In this document: positions 16,714 through 24,936 of the stretch, piece after piece
Numbering within the stretch: position 1 is the first letter of the stretch
How the letters are laid out: each line of letters opens with the position of its first letter
Origin: a virus
Strand: one strand, 5' to 3'
Length of the DNA: 40,731 bases
IMG/VR virus record: IMGVR_UViG_3300050161_000195
Program-made: the position numbers and the translations under genes
Notes under the pieces: generated by a model
Told to the model about the DNA's origin: nothing
Database searches by the model: none
Seen by the model: only the letters and a program-made list of their open reading frames with translations

Positions 16714-17318
16714 GATGTGCGTCTCGGCTTTTGTCGCACCCATCGGACTGGGGCGGCCCAGGCTACTTCCTGGTCTTCCATATCGGGCGCATTGAGTGAA
16801 CGAAGGGTGTAGCGGCCCGGCATGGTGCCGCGCGCAAATATCTTGAGGAACGTTCCGCCTTCGAGTGTGCGAACGGCGCAATATTCGCCGATTGCATCAG
16901 GGCTGATGCCATCGACCGTGCGATCGACGTAGACGATATCGCCATCCTCGTACTTCGGAAGCATGGAATTCCCGACGACCTGGAGCGCCATAATCTTGCC
17001 GTGCGCACCGGGCGGACGCGGGGCAAAATCATCGCTTTCATGATCGTCGCCGTTGAACAGCACTTCGCCACCCGCGCCGATGCGCCCCGATAGTTTCAAC
17101 TGTGGTTCGCTGATCAGATCATCAATGGTGATATCGAACACCTCGGCCAGGCGTACCAAGGTGCCCACGCGCACGTCGGATCGTTTGGCTTCAAAGATGT
17201 CGCGAATCGCCGTCTCGCCCAGCCCGGCCTTTTTGGCTAGCGGCTTACGCTTGATGTTGTGTTCATCCATCAGGCTTTGCAGCCGCGCCTTGAAGGCCTC
17301 GATGTCGAACTCTGTCAT
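16710..17318 (-). CDS. cI: CI/LexA-type repressor (XRE HTH + S24 peptidase)
   Basis: 202 aa from ATG 17318 (MTEFD...). HTH is KKAGLGETAIRDIFEAKR. S24 Ser is in VVGNSMLP and Lys in TFLKIF. Candidate Ala-Gly cleavage site in RIGAGGE. Confidence 0.9.
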   Translation of the reverse strand: MTEFDIEAFKARLQSLMDEHNIKRKPLAKKAGLGETAIRDIFEAKRSDVRVGTLVRLAEVFDITIDDLISEPQLKLSGRIGAGGEVLFNGDDHESDDFAPRPPGAHGKIMALQVVGNSMLPKYEDGDIVYVDRTVDGISPDAIGEYCAVRTLEGGTFLKIFARGTMPGRYTLRSLNAPDMEDQEVAWAAPVRWVRQKPRRTS

Positions 17319-17395
17319 GTGTGACATTTCACACATTTTTTGCCCTCGCCGACAGTCAGGACGTTTCACACCTTGACGGTGTGCAATATCACACC
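17318..17395. promoter_or_regulatory. Divergent immunity region with operators O3 (17318-17335) and O4 (17378-17395) and the rightward promoter
   Basis: TGTGTG-ACATTT-CACACA and GGTGTG-CAATAT-CACACC. A plus-strand TTGACG (-35, 17373-17378) abuts O4. A degenerate half-site TCACACC lies at 17365-17371. O3 covers the repressor start codons. Confidence 0.65.
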
Positions 17396-17409
17396 TTATG
17401 AGGGCGGGC

Positions 17410-17610
17410 ATGGCACTGCTCGATGACATTGAAGCTTTCCTGGAAGCGAACGCAGATGTGAGCCCGACCGCGCTTGGCGATCGCGCCTTGGGTGACCGCC
17501 ACTTTGTGCGCCAATTGCGCGGCGGTCGCCGGGTATGGCCGGAAACAGAGGCCAAGGTTCGGCAATTCATGGCCGAGCATTGCTCCACCGCAGACCAGGC
17601 GGAGGCCTGA
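17410..17610 (+). CDS. Small early regulator (Cro/CII position)
   Basis: 66 aa from ATG 17410 (GAGGG RBS; alternative ATG at 17398). It is divergent from the repressor. Function is assigned from position only. Confidence 0.55.
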   Translation: MALLDDIEAFLEANADVSPTALGDRALGDRHFVRQLRGGRRVWPETEAKVRQFMAEHCSTADQAEA

Positions 17611-17743
17611 GCGATGGGGGGGCAGGTATATCTGAATGGCGATAGCCGGATCGGGGCGGCGGCGCTGGCTGGCGCGGTTCGATCCTTTGAATTTGCACAG
17701 CCCCACGGGTTCAAGGCGCACTCCCGGCGCCTCCGTCTGGGGC

Positions 17744-17790
17744 GCGGGGCTGGCCTTTTTTGCCCCAAGGCCAGCCCCGCCTCTGTTTTG
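17744..17790 (+). terminator. Intrinsic terminator-like hairpin after the first rightward gene
   Basis: 12-bp GC stem (17744-17755 / 17769-17780), 13-nt loop, then CTCTGTTTTG. Confidence 0.55.
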
Positions 17791-17836
17791 CTGCGTGATC
17801 ATGCCCTGGCCAATAGCGCGCGGAAGGAGCGGGATC

Positions 17837-18268
17837 ATGGCTGATGTGCCGCTGCCCGGCCGGGATTCCATTGAAGCGCAGCGCGAGATGTTCCGCATGG
17901 CGGCGCGCGATTGCGGGTTGACGATCGCGGCGATCGCGCAGCGCAGCCCGCTCAAGGAATCGACCCTGAAGGGATGGCGCGATGGATCGGCCATGCCGGC
18001 CTGGGCGCTGGGTGCGCTGGGCGAGGCCGGGGTGCCGGATCATCTGCTTTCGATGGTCCTTGCTCCGTTTGGCCGCCATGTGGCGACCGACAGGATCAGC
18101 GATGGCGATCTGGAAGAGCTGGGGCGCGAGAGCGCCCATTATCTGGCGGATCATGCCGATGCGCGGGCCGATGGGACGATCACGCCAAGCGAGCGCAGCC
18201 GCCTGAGCGAAGGCGCGGCGCGGCTGGCGGGGATCGCCATGCGCGTGGCGCGCGGGGGGCGGGCCTGA
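17837..18268 (+). CDS. Hypothetical early protein with HTH-like segment
   Basis: 143 aa from ATG 17837 (GGAAGGAG RBS). LTIAAIAQRSPLKESTLKGW. Confidence 0.6.
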   Translation: MADVPLPGRDSIEAQREMFRMAARDCGLTIAAIAQRSPLKESTLKGWRDGSAMPAWALGALGEAGVPDHLLSMVLAPFGRHVATDRISDGDLEELGRESAHYLADHADARADGTITPSERSRLSEGAARLAGIAMRVARGGRA

Positions 18269-18765
18269 TGCTTGGTGTGGGCGCCACGCTTTATGCCGAC
18301 CTGGACCAGTTGCTGGCTTGGTGGGCCGTGGCCCGGCCGGGCGGCATGGCAGTGCGATGGGCATCGGGCGCGGTGCTGGATGATCTGCATCCGGCGGCGG
18401 CCCAGGTGAACGAATGGCGCAGCGCCGGCATGGCCGAGGTGTGGTCGCAGGACAGCGCATCGGGCCGCGTATGGCTGGTGCGAAAGGCGGGTGAGCCAAG
18501 CGCGGCGGAAATTCGCGATGTGACAGGCGCGGGGCGGTTGTTGGCCTTTCTGCGTGGCGCGGCCGATGGAGGCCGGTGCCCATCCTATGGCGAAATGGCC
18601 GAGGCGCTGCAGCTGCGGAACCGGCAGGCGGCACGGCATCTGTTCAACCAGCTGGTGCGCAAGGGCGCGGTGCGGGTGAGCGGCGAGGCGGCGGAGCGCA
18701 GGATCGAGATCATGGCCGGCGTGGCGCCGGCGCACCGGCAACCGCAGGTGGCCGACACGGGGTGA
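18268..18765 (+). CDS. Hypothetical early protein
   Basis: 165 aa from ATG 18268, overlapping the upstream stop (TGATG). Winged-helix-like C-terminal part (YGEMAEALQLRNRQAARHLFNQLVRKGAV). Confidence 0.55.
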   Translation: MLGVGATLYADLDQLLAWWAVARPGGMAVRWASGAVLDDLHPAAAQVNEWRSAGMAEVWSQDSASGRVWLVRKAGEPSAAEIRDVTGAGRLLAFLRGAADGGRCPSYGEMAEALQLRNRQAARHLFNQLVRKGAVRVSGEAAERRIEIMAGVAPAHRQPQVADTG

Positions 18766-18824
18766 GCGGGCATGGCCGGTTTCCGGCGTGATCCTGCCCA
18801 TTCCCCAGATCGAAAGACACGTTC

Positions 18825-19142
18825 ATGGACAATCAGCATTATATCTACCCCGGTGCAGCGGGTGCGATGGATGGCGCGCGAGTTGCCCGGATTGGCTTTG
18901 GCCCGCGGCGCGAGTTGCCCACCGGGAATTTCAACTCGGTCACCGCCTTGCGCACCTGGGTGCTGGGCGCGCGGGCTGGCCAGATCGAGTCCTATGCCAG
19001 CGAGCTGGGGCGGGTGCGGGAATATGTGACCGCGCTGACTGACAAGGGCTTTGTCACCCCGCACCTGATGAGCAATCCGACCGGCCCTGCGATCTACGTG
19101 GTGCAGCGGACGCGGACGCAGATCCTGGCGGGGCAGCTGTGA
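18825..19142 (+). CDS. Hypothetical protein
   Basis: 105-aa ORF in the early operon. Confidence 0.5.
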   Translation: MDNQHYIYPGAAGAMDGARVARIGFGPRRELPTGNFNSVTALRTWVLGARAGQIESYASELGRVREYVTALTDKGFVTPHLMSNPTGPAIYVVQRTRTQILAGQL

Positions 19143-19492
19143 GCGCGGCTGCCTTCTTCTCCGAGCAGGAGGGCGCGCCGCGGGCGGTGTGGGCGTTTGA
19201 CCGGGCGGCCAGCCCGGGGTGGAACGTGATCGCCACGGTGTTCGGGCTGCGGGAAAAGCCGGCGGCGCGGATGATGCTGCTTTCCACCGAGCCGCCGCCG
19301 CCGCCGGGATCGGGCCCGCTCTGGGTGATGCCGGAGACGGCGCGGCGGATGCGGAACGACCTGCTGCGCGCGCTGCGCGCCGACGATGGCGGCGCGGTGC
19401 TGATCAATGTGGCCGGGATTACCTTCGAGGTGGCCGAGGCCGACGCGATCGAGCGGGTGCTGGAAGCGGCGCTGGAGCTGATCGATGGCTGA
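19139..19492 (+). CDS. Hypothetical protein
   Basis: 117 aa. The GTG start overlaps the upstream stop. Confidence 0.5.
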   Translation: MSAAAFFSEQEGAPRAVWAFDRAASPGWNVIATVFGLREKPAARMMLLSTEPPPPPGSGPLWVMPETARRMRNDLLRALRADDGGAVLINVAGITFEVAEADAIERVLEAALELIDG

Positions 19493-19712
19493 GCCGATCT
19501 CAGCCGAACTGGGCGACGTGATCGCCTACCTCGAACGGCGGCGCGCCAATGCGGCGACGATCGCCAAGCGGGCGCCTGATCTGGAGCCGTGGGCCGTGGA
19601 TCGGCGGCAGCAGCTGGAAGTGGTGATCGATGAGCTGAGGGCCGGGCTGCACCATGGGTGCGCCGAGGTGGCTGGGGCTCTCAACGAAGGAGCCGACAAT
19701 GGACAGCACTGA
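19485..19712 (+). CDS. Hypothetical protein
   Basis: 75 aa. Overlaps its neighbours at both ends. Confidence 0.5.
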   Translation: MAEPISAELGDVIAYLERRRANAATIAKRAPDLEPWAVDRRQQLEVVIDELRAGLHHGCAEVAGALNEGADNGQH

Positions 19713-20169
19713 CACCGAGTTCCAGGAGCGTTGGCCGGGTTACAACGATCAATCTTGGCCCGAGCGTTTCGCGGAACTTGATCGCCGCTTTCGGGCGGAA
19801 AAGGATTTGAAGTTGGCCCATATCGCGGCCCGCAACACCCGCCCTACCGTGGAAAGCGAGCCGGTGGCAAGGCGCGAGTTCATCGAGCGCATACGCGACG
19901 AAACCCGGCACTTTGCAGGTCCAGAAGTTCAAAAAGGGTTCGTGGACGCTTGCAATGCCATCTTGGCACTGATGGTCCATGAGCGCCCCGCACCGCCTGC
20001 TGATGCTGGGCTGGTGGAGCTGCTGACCAAGGCGGTTGGCGACATTGCTGCCGCGCTGACTATGGCGGGCAAAGATGCGCTGATCCAGCGATGGACCGGG
20101 CCCTACGTCGAAGCACTCAATGCTCATGACGAAGCCGCCGCCCTCATCGAAGCCCGAGGGGAAGGGTAA
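19699..20169 (+). CDS. Hypothetical protein
   Basis: 156 aa from ATG 19699 (the track ORF starts at 19654). GC is somewhat lower locally. Confidence 0.5.
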   Translation: MDSTDTEFQERWPGYNDQSWPERFAELDRRFRAEKDLKLAHIAARNTRPTVESEPVARREFIERIRDETRHFAGPEVQKGFVDACNAILALMVHERPAPPADAGLVELLTKAVGDIAAALTMAGKDALIQRWTGPYVEALNAHDEAAALIEARGEG

Positions 20170-20372
20170 TGAGCGCCCAGTCCGACATCGGGCCGAGCGG
20201 GCCTCCGGCATGGCGGGTGGTGTCGCTGGCGCGTGAGCTGGCGGCGCTGGCTTCGCTGGCGGGGGATTGCGCGCGGCAGGGGCCGAAGCAGGATCTGCAG
20301 CGGGCGGTGGCCACGCTGGACCGGATGCGGGCGATTTTGGGCAATGATCCGGCCGATGGACTGGGTGCCTGA
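20169..20372 (+). CDS. Hypothetical protein
   Basis: 67 aa. The ATG overlaps the upstream stop. Confidence 0.45.
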   Translation: MSAQSDIGPSGPPAWRVVSLARELAALASLAGDCARQGPKQDLQRAVATLDRMRAILGNDPADGLGA

Positions 20373-20375
20373 CCC

Positions 20376-21518
20376 ATGGCCCTGCCGGCATCCTTCCTGG
20401 ACGAGATCCGTGCGCGCGTGTCGCTTTCGGGGCTGCTTTCGCGCAGTGTGAAGCTGACCAAGGCGGGGCGCGAGTTCAAGGCGTGTTGCCCGTTCCATAA
20501 CGAGAAATCGCCCAGCTTCACCGTCAACGACGACAAGGGGTTCTACCACTGTTTCGGCTGCGGGGCGCATGGCGACGTGTTCCGCTGGCTGACCGACAAC
20601 GATGGCCTGCCTTTCATGGACGCGGTGAAGGAGCTGGCGGGCATGGCCGGGCTCGACATGCCGGCACCCAGTCCGCAGGCGGCCGAACGGGCGCGGGTGG
20701 TGGAGACGGTGCGCGAGGCATTGGACCAGGCGCAGGCGATCTATGCCGCGCAGCTGGACCAGGCCGGGGCGGTGATGGAGTATCTGGCCGGGCGCGGGAT
20801 CGGGCCGGCGGAGATTGCGGCGTTTGGTATCGGCTATGCGCGGGGTGGTGATGGATCGCTGCGCGGGCGGGGCATAGGTGCGCGGCTTGGTCTGGCCGCC
20901 GGACTTGTGGCGCGGCGCGACGACGGTTCGTTTCGCGAGATGTTCCATGACCGGATCACGGTGCCGATCCATGACGGGCGGGGGCGGATCATCGGCTTTG
21001 GCGCGCGGGTGTGGCCCGGGCGGCGCGGCGATACGCCTAAGTTCGTGAACAGCCCGGATGGCCCGGCCTTCGACAAGGGGCGCACCCTGTTCAACCTGCA
21101 CAGGGCGGCGCCGGCGTCTCGGCCGCAGGCAGCAAATCGCCTGCTGGTGGTGGAGGGCTATTTCGATGTCGTGGCGCTGGCCCGGGTCGACATTGCCGAG
21201 GTGGTGGCGCCGATGGGCACGGCCCTGACCGAGGCGCAGCTGGAGCGGTGCTGGCGGCTACATCATCGTCCGGTGCTGCTGTTCGATGGCGACAGCGCCG
21301 GTCGCAAGGCGGCGGTGCGCGCGGTGAAGCTGGCCCTGCCCGCCATCGGACCGGGGCGAGAGCTTGGAATTGCGCTGCTTCCGGACGGGAAGGATCCCGA
21401 CGATCTGGTGCGGGAAGAGGGGCCAGATGGAGGAAGGGCCGGGATTGAGCAGGTGATTTCGGCGGCGGCGGGGTGGAGCGACTTTCTGTTTGAAGCGGCG
21501 ATGCGGGGCGAAGTGTGA
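20376..21518 (+). CDS. DnaG-type DNA primase (CHC2 zinc finger + TOPRIM)
   Basis: CCPFHNEKSPSFTVNDDKGFYHCFGCGAHGD zinc finger. TOPRIM motifs VVEGYFDVVAL and LFDGDSAGRKAA. Confidence 0.92.
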   Translation: MALPASFLDEIRARVSLSGLLSRSVKLTKAGREFKACCPFHNEKSPSFTVNDDKGFYHCFGCGAHGDVFRWLTDNDGLPFMDAVKELAGMAGLDMPAPSPQAAERARVVETVREALDQAQAIYAAQLDQAGAVMEYLAGRGIGPAEIAAFGIGYARGGDGSLRGRGIGARLGLAAGLVARRDDGSFREMFHDRITVPIHDGRGRIIGFGARVWPGRRGDTPKFVNSPDGPAFDKGRTLFNLHRAAPASRPQAANRLLVVEGYFDVVALARVDIAEVVAPMGTALTEAQLERCWRLHHRPVLLFDGDSAGRKAAVRAVKLALPAIGPGRELGIALLPDGKDPDDLVREEGPDGGRAGIEQVISAAAGWSDFLFEAAMRGEV

Positions 21519-23695
21519 TGAGCGAGCGGAGCCCCGAACAGATCGCCGCGGTATGGGCCGATCTAGAGGCCATGGCCGGGCGCATCGGCGACAGCGAGAC
21601 GCGGGCCCAGGCGCTGGCCGGGTGGCGCGCGCGCTATGACGAGGAATTTCCCCGGTGGTTGGCGGCCGACGATATCGTGCGCCTTCCCGACTGGAAGCAT
21701 GTCGGCGAGATTTCGGGGCAGGAGCGGCGGCAGGCGGCGGCGGTTTCGAGTGCCTGGGTGGATTCTCAGCAGCCCGACCCGATGGACCCGGTGCAGGCGC
21801 GGCGGTTTGCCTGGGAGATGGGGCGGCGGGCCAATGTCGGCTTCATCGATCATCTCGAGGCCGAGCAGCTGTGCGTGGACAGGCTGGGGAGCGCGGCGAC
21901 AGCCAAGGGGACCATGGCGGCATTCCGCCGGGGGTTCGAGGGGCTGGACGGCGAAGCGCTGCTGGCCGCGATCGTGGTCGACCTGCGCTGCGCGCGGCTC
22001 GATCGCAACGAGGCGGGCCTGGCGCAGCGGTTCCACCAGCGGCACGGGCATAACCTGCGCTATACCACGGCCAAGGGCTGGATGATGTGGGATGGCAAGC
22101 GCTGGAAGGTGCTGGCCGACGAAAGCAATGCCCTGCCGGCAGAGATCCTGCGCGCAGCCTATGACACGGTGGCGGCGATCCAGCGCGAGGCGGCGGCCAT
22201 GGAGGCCACGGGAATCGCGCCCGGTTCCATTCCGGATGGGGCCGATCCTGAGCTGCTCAAGGTGGAGACGGCGGCGGGCAAGGTGTTCCTGGCCGCGCTG
22301 GAAGACCATCCGGACGGGATTGATGGGCTGGCCCTGACGGCTTCGACCTGCCGGCTTTCCAGCCTGGCGCTGAGCCGGTTTGGCCATTCGAATGGTGAAT
22401 TGAAGCGATATCGCGCCCTGGTCGAGATCGCCAAGCAGTGGCTGACGATCGATATCGACGCTTTCGACACCGATCCGCTGACGATCAATTGCCAGAACGG
22501 CACGCTGCGCCTGATCAGGCATGTGGAGCGCGGGATTTCCGGCGACCGCGAGGTGCGAGTGGAAATCGCGGTCAAGCCGCACGATCGGGCCGATCTGCTG
22601 ACCAAGGTGGCGGCGGTGCCCTATGATCCCGATGCGATCTGCCCCAATTATGACTTCACCGTGGACTGGGCCCAGCCCGACCCGGCGATGCGGCGCTATA
22701 TCCACCAGTGGGGCGGCTATAACCTGACCGGGGACATGGGCGCCCAGATCTTCCACATGTGGTGGGGGCCGAGCGCGCAGAACGGCAAATCGACGCTGCT
22801 GGATGCCTGGGCCGATGCAGCCGGCGACTATTCGGCCGCGGGCAAGATCGAGACCTTCATGGAGGCCAGCGCGCGCAGCGGGGATGCGGCAACGCCGGCG
22901 CTGGCGGTGTTGCCGGGGGTGCGCATGCTGCGGGTGGGTGAGCCGCCTGCCAATGCCAAGTTCGACGAATCGCTGATCAACACGATCACCGGGCAGGACA
23001 CCCTGCTGATCCGCGCGCTGCATCGCGGGTTCTATCCGGTGAAGCTGGATTTCAAGCTCACCGTCGCCTGCAACGAGCGGCCGACAATCCCCAATGCGAC
23101 CGAGGGCATCAAGCGCCGCGTGAAGGTGGTGATGTTCGAAAAGTCGATGAAGGACGCGGTAAAGCCCGACGGCACGCCGCTGCGCGATCCGAATTTCAAG
23201 GAAAAGCTGGTGCCGGAGTTGCCGGGCATCTTCGCCCGGCTGATCGAGGGCGCGTGCGACTGGTTGCGCCACGGGTTCATCGAGCCTGGATCGGTGACCG
23301 AGTGGACCGATGAATACAAGGATGAGAACGATCCGCTGGGCCGGTTCATGGCCTATTGCACTGAACCGGCACCGGGCGATCGGATCCAGTCCAGCAAGCT
23401 CTATCAGCTGTTCGTCGCCTGGTCGAAGGCGACGGGGGGGCCGGAGTGGTCTCAGCCCCATTTCAGCAAGAAGATGAAGGGCAAGGGCTACTCCAGCAAG
23501 GCCAGCAACGGGATGCAGTGGCTGGGCATCAAGGCGGTGCGCGAGGTCAGCGAGTTCGTGGATGGCGATGGCGTGGTGCGCGACCTTTCGGGCGGCGGCT
23601 CTGCGGCCCCGCCGTCACCTGCACCGCCGCCCGACCTGGGCGAGGGCGGCATTGCCGACTGGCCGGACGATGACCTTGATCCGTTCAAGCCATGA
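21515..23695 (+). CDS. P4/D5-type primase-helicase family NTPase (SF3 replicative helicase)
   Basis: 726 aa. AQRFHQRHGHNLRYTTAKGWMMWDGKRWKV (D5_N-like). Walker A in GPSAQNGKST. Overlaps the primase stop. Confidence 0.85.
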   Translation: MMSERSPEQIAAVWADLEAMAGRIGDSETRAQALAGWRARYDEEFPRWLAADDIVRLPDWKHVGEISGQERRQAAAVSSAWVDSQQPDPMDPVQARRFAWEMGRRANVGFIDHLEAEQLCVDRLGSAATAKGTMAAFRRGFEGLDGEALLAAIVVDLRCARLDRNEAGLAQRFHQRHGHNLRYTTAKGWMMWDGKRWKVLADESNALPAEILRAAYDTVAAIQREAAAMEATGIAPGSIPDGADPELLKVETAAGKVFLAALEDHPDGIDGLALTASTCRLSSLALSRFGHSNGELKRYRALVEIAKQWLTIDIDAFDTDPLTINCQNGTLRLIRHVERGISGDREVRVEIAVKPHDRADLLTKVAAVPYDPDAICPNYDFTVDWAQPDPAMRRYIHQWGGYNLTGDMGAQIFHMWWGPSAQNGKSTLLDAWADAAGDYSAAGKIETFMEASARSGDAATPALAVLPGVRMLRVGEPPANAKFDESLINTITGQDTLLIRALHRGFYPVKLDFKLTVACNERPTIPNATEGIKRRVKVVMFEKSMKDAVKPDGTPLRDPNFKEKLVPELPGIFARLIEGACDWLRHGFIEPGSVTEWTDEYKDENDPLGRFMAYCTEPAPGDRIQSSKLYQLFVAWSKATGGPEWSQPHFSKKMKGKGYSSKASNGMQWLGIKAVREVSEFVDGDGVVRDLSGGGSAAPPSPAPPPDLGEGGIADWPDDDLDPFKP

Positions 23696-23698
23696 ACA

Positions 23699-23880
23699 CC
23701 TTCCACTGCGGAAGGGCGGCGGAAGGTCTTTCGGAAGGGAGAGGCGCGGATTTCTGCGGGTTTGGAAGGGATGGAAGGGCTTCGCGCCTAAAACGCGTGT
23801 GGGCTGTTGCATTGGTGCTGATCGATCAGGGCTTCGATTTTCTGATGCGGGTTGGTGCGTAATCCCTTCCATCCCTTCCA
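23699..23880. repeat. GGAAGG iteron-like cluster with a 17-bp inverted repeat
   Basis: CGGAAGG at 23709, 23720 and 23732 (11-12 bp phasing). TGGAAGGGATGGAAGGG at 23763-23779 and its exact reverse complement at 23864-23880. An AT-rich stretch at 23881-23988 follows. Confidence 0.8.
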
Positions 23881-23988
23881 CATTCACTCTCAAACCTCTG
23901 AACTTACTTGGTTTCTTCTATCTCTCAGACATTCCAGATAGGTTCCAAAAGGGTTCCAATTAGCTTCCAGATGAGAAAGGGCTGACAT

Positions 23989-24477
23989 ATGGCGAGAAAA
24001 GACCCCCGGATCGAGGCGGCTGAAGATGAGCTGATCGACTGCATGCGGATCCTGCGGCGGATGCCGGACCGGGAGCGCAGCTGGCTGCTGCATTCCACCT
24101 TACGCTGGCCGGCGATGGTGCGCGACCAGGGCGACTATCCCGAGCAGGAGGAGCCGCTGCGCGCGCCATCGCGGCGGGAGATTGCCCGGATGGAAGCGAT
24201 GTTCATCGTGCCTGGGTGCCATGTCGAGCGGGCGGTGGCGGTGCGGGATCGGGCGCTGGTGGCTGTTGTGGCCGGGATGAAGGGCAGGGGTGAGGGCGCG
24301 GGCTTTGGCTGGGACGACGTGTGGCGCGCCCTGGGCGGGAAGTTGCCGACGGGCGCGGTGGCCGATGGGCAGGCGGTGGTGCGCAAGGTCACCTCGGACG
24401 CGATGCGTAAGCGGTATGAGGCGGCGCTCGACCGGTTGGCGTCGGCGGTGATGCCGAGGGACTCGGTGGGCGCGTGA
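23989..24477 (+). CDS. Hypothetical protein, first gene of the late region
   Basis: 162 aa. Preceded by AT-rich non-coding DNA. No motif recognised. Confidence 0.6.
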   Translation: MARKDPRIEAAEDELIDCMRILRRMPDRERSWLLHSTLRWPAMVRDQGDYPEQEEPLRAPSRREIARMEAMFIVPGCHVERAVAVRDRALVAVVAGMKGRGEGAGFGWDDVWRALGGKLPTGAVADGQAVVRKVTSDAMRKRYEAALDRLASAVMPRDSVGA

Positions 24478-24596
24478 TGCGCGCGAGGCATGGATTTGGT
24501 GTGCGCGTCAATGTGGGAGTTAAGGTGTGCGCAAAATAATGGCTCTCCGTTTCCACACCCTTTCGGTGCTAGGCGGGGCCATGATCGGGGTTTCGT

Positions 24597-24926
24597 GTGC
24601 ATCGGAGTGATCGGGTGACCAAGCTTCGTTCGGCACCGGCCCTGTTGAGCACGGCGCCTTCGCTTCTCCGGTCGGCGCCCAAGCTGGCCGATCCCTTCTA
24701 TACCTCTCCGGAATGGCGCGCGCTCAAGTCGGCGCGGCGGCGTGATCCTGACTACCGCGAGGCGAAGGCGCGGGCCAAGGCCGGCGAGTGGCTGATCCTC
24801 GATCATGTCATCGAGCGGCGGGATGGTGGCGCGGCTCTCGACCCGGCGAACACGCAGTGGCTCACCCAGAGCGAGCACAACGCCAAGACCGCGCGGGTGA
24901 AGCGCGGGCGGGTCGGCATCGGATGA
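24597..24926 (+). CDS. HNH endonuclease (terminase-associated type)
   Basis: LDHVIERRDGGAALDPANTQWLTQSEHNAKT. Located directly upstream of the terminase genes, as in HK97-like cos phages. Confidence 0.85.
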   Translation: MHRSDRVTKLRSAPALLSTAPSLLRSAPKLADPFYTSPEWRALKSARRRDPDYREAKARAKAGEWLILDHVIERRDGGAALDPANTQWLTQSEHNAKTARVKRGRVGIG

Positions 24927-24936
24927 GGCTCTAGGC

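Noticed and set aside
17670-17700. tRNA-like T-loop sequence GGTTCGATCC
   Set aside because: The flanking bases do not form a T-stem or acceptor stem, and no cloverleaf can be drawn.
16710-17768. The 352-aa version of the repressor ORF and the long N-terminal extensions of int, the ParB-like gene and the repeat gene
   Set aside because: The extensions run through operators, promoters or upstream genes and are Arg/Pro-rich. Internal ATGs with an RBS or start-stop overlaps give products that begin where family homology begins.
21563-23461. Very long antisense ORFs, e.g. 21563..23461 (-). Others of the same kind are 25689..27161 (-), 27341..28378 (-), 28452..29840 (-), 20124..21101 (-), 544..1719 (-), 3596..4294 (-), 11735..12682 (+) and 17711..18634 (-)
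   Set aside because: Each lies opposite a gene with clear family motifs. Their products are Arg/Pro/Gly-rich low-complexity strings typical of antisense frames in about 65% GC DNA.
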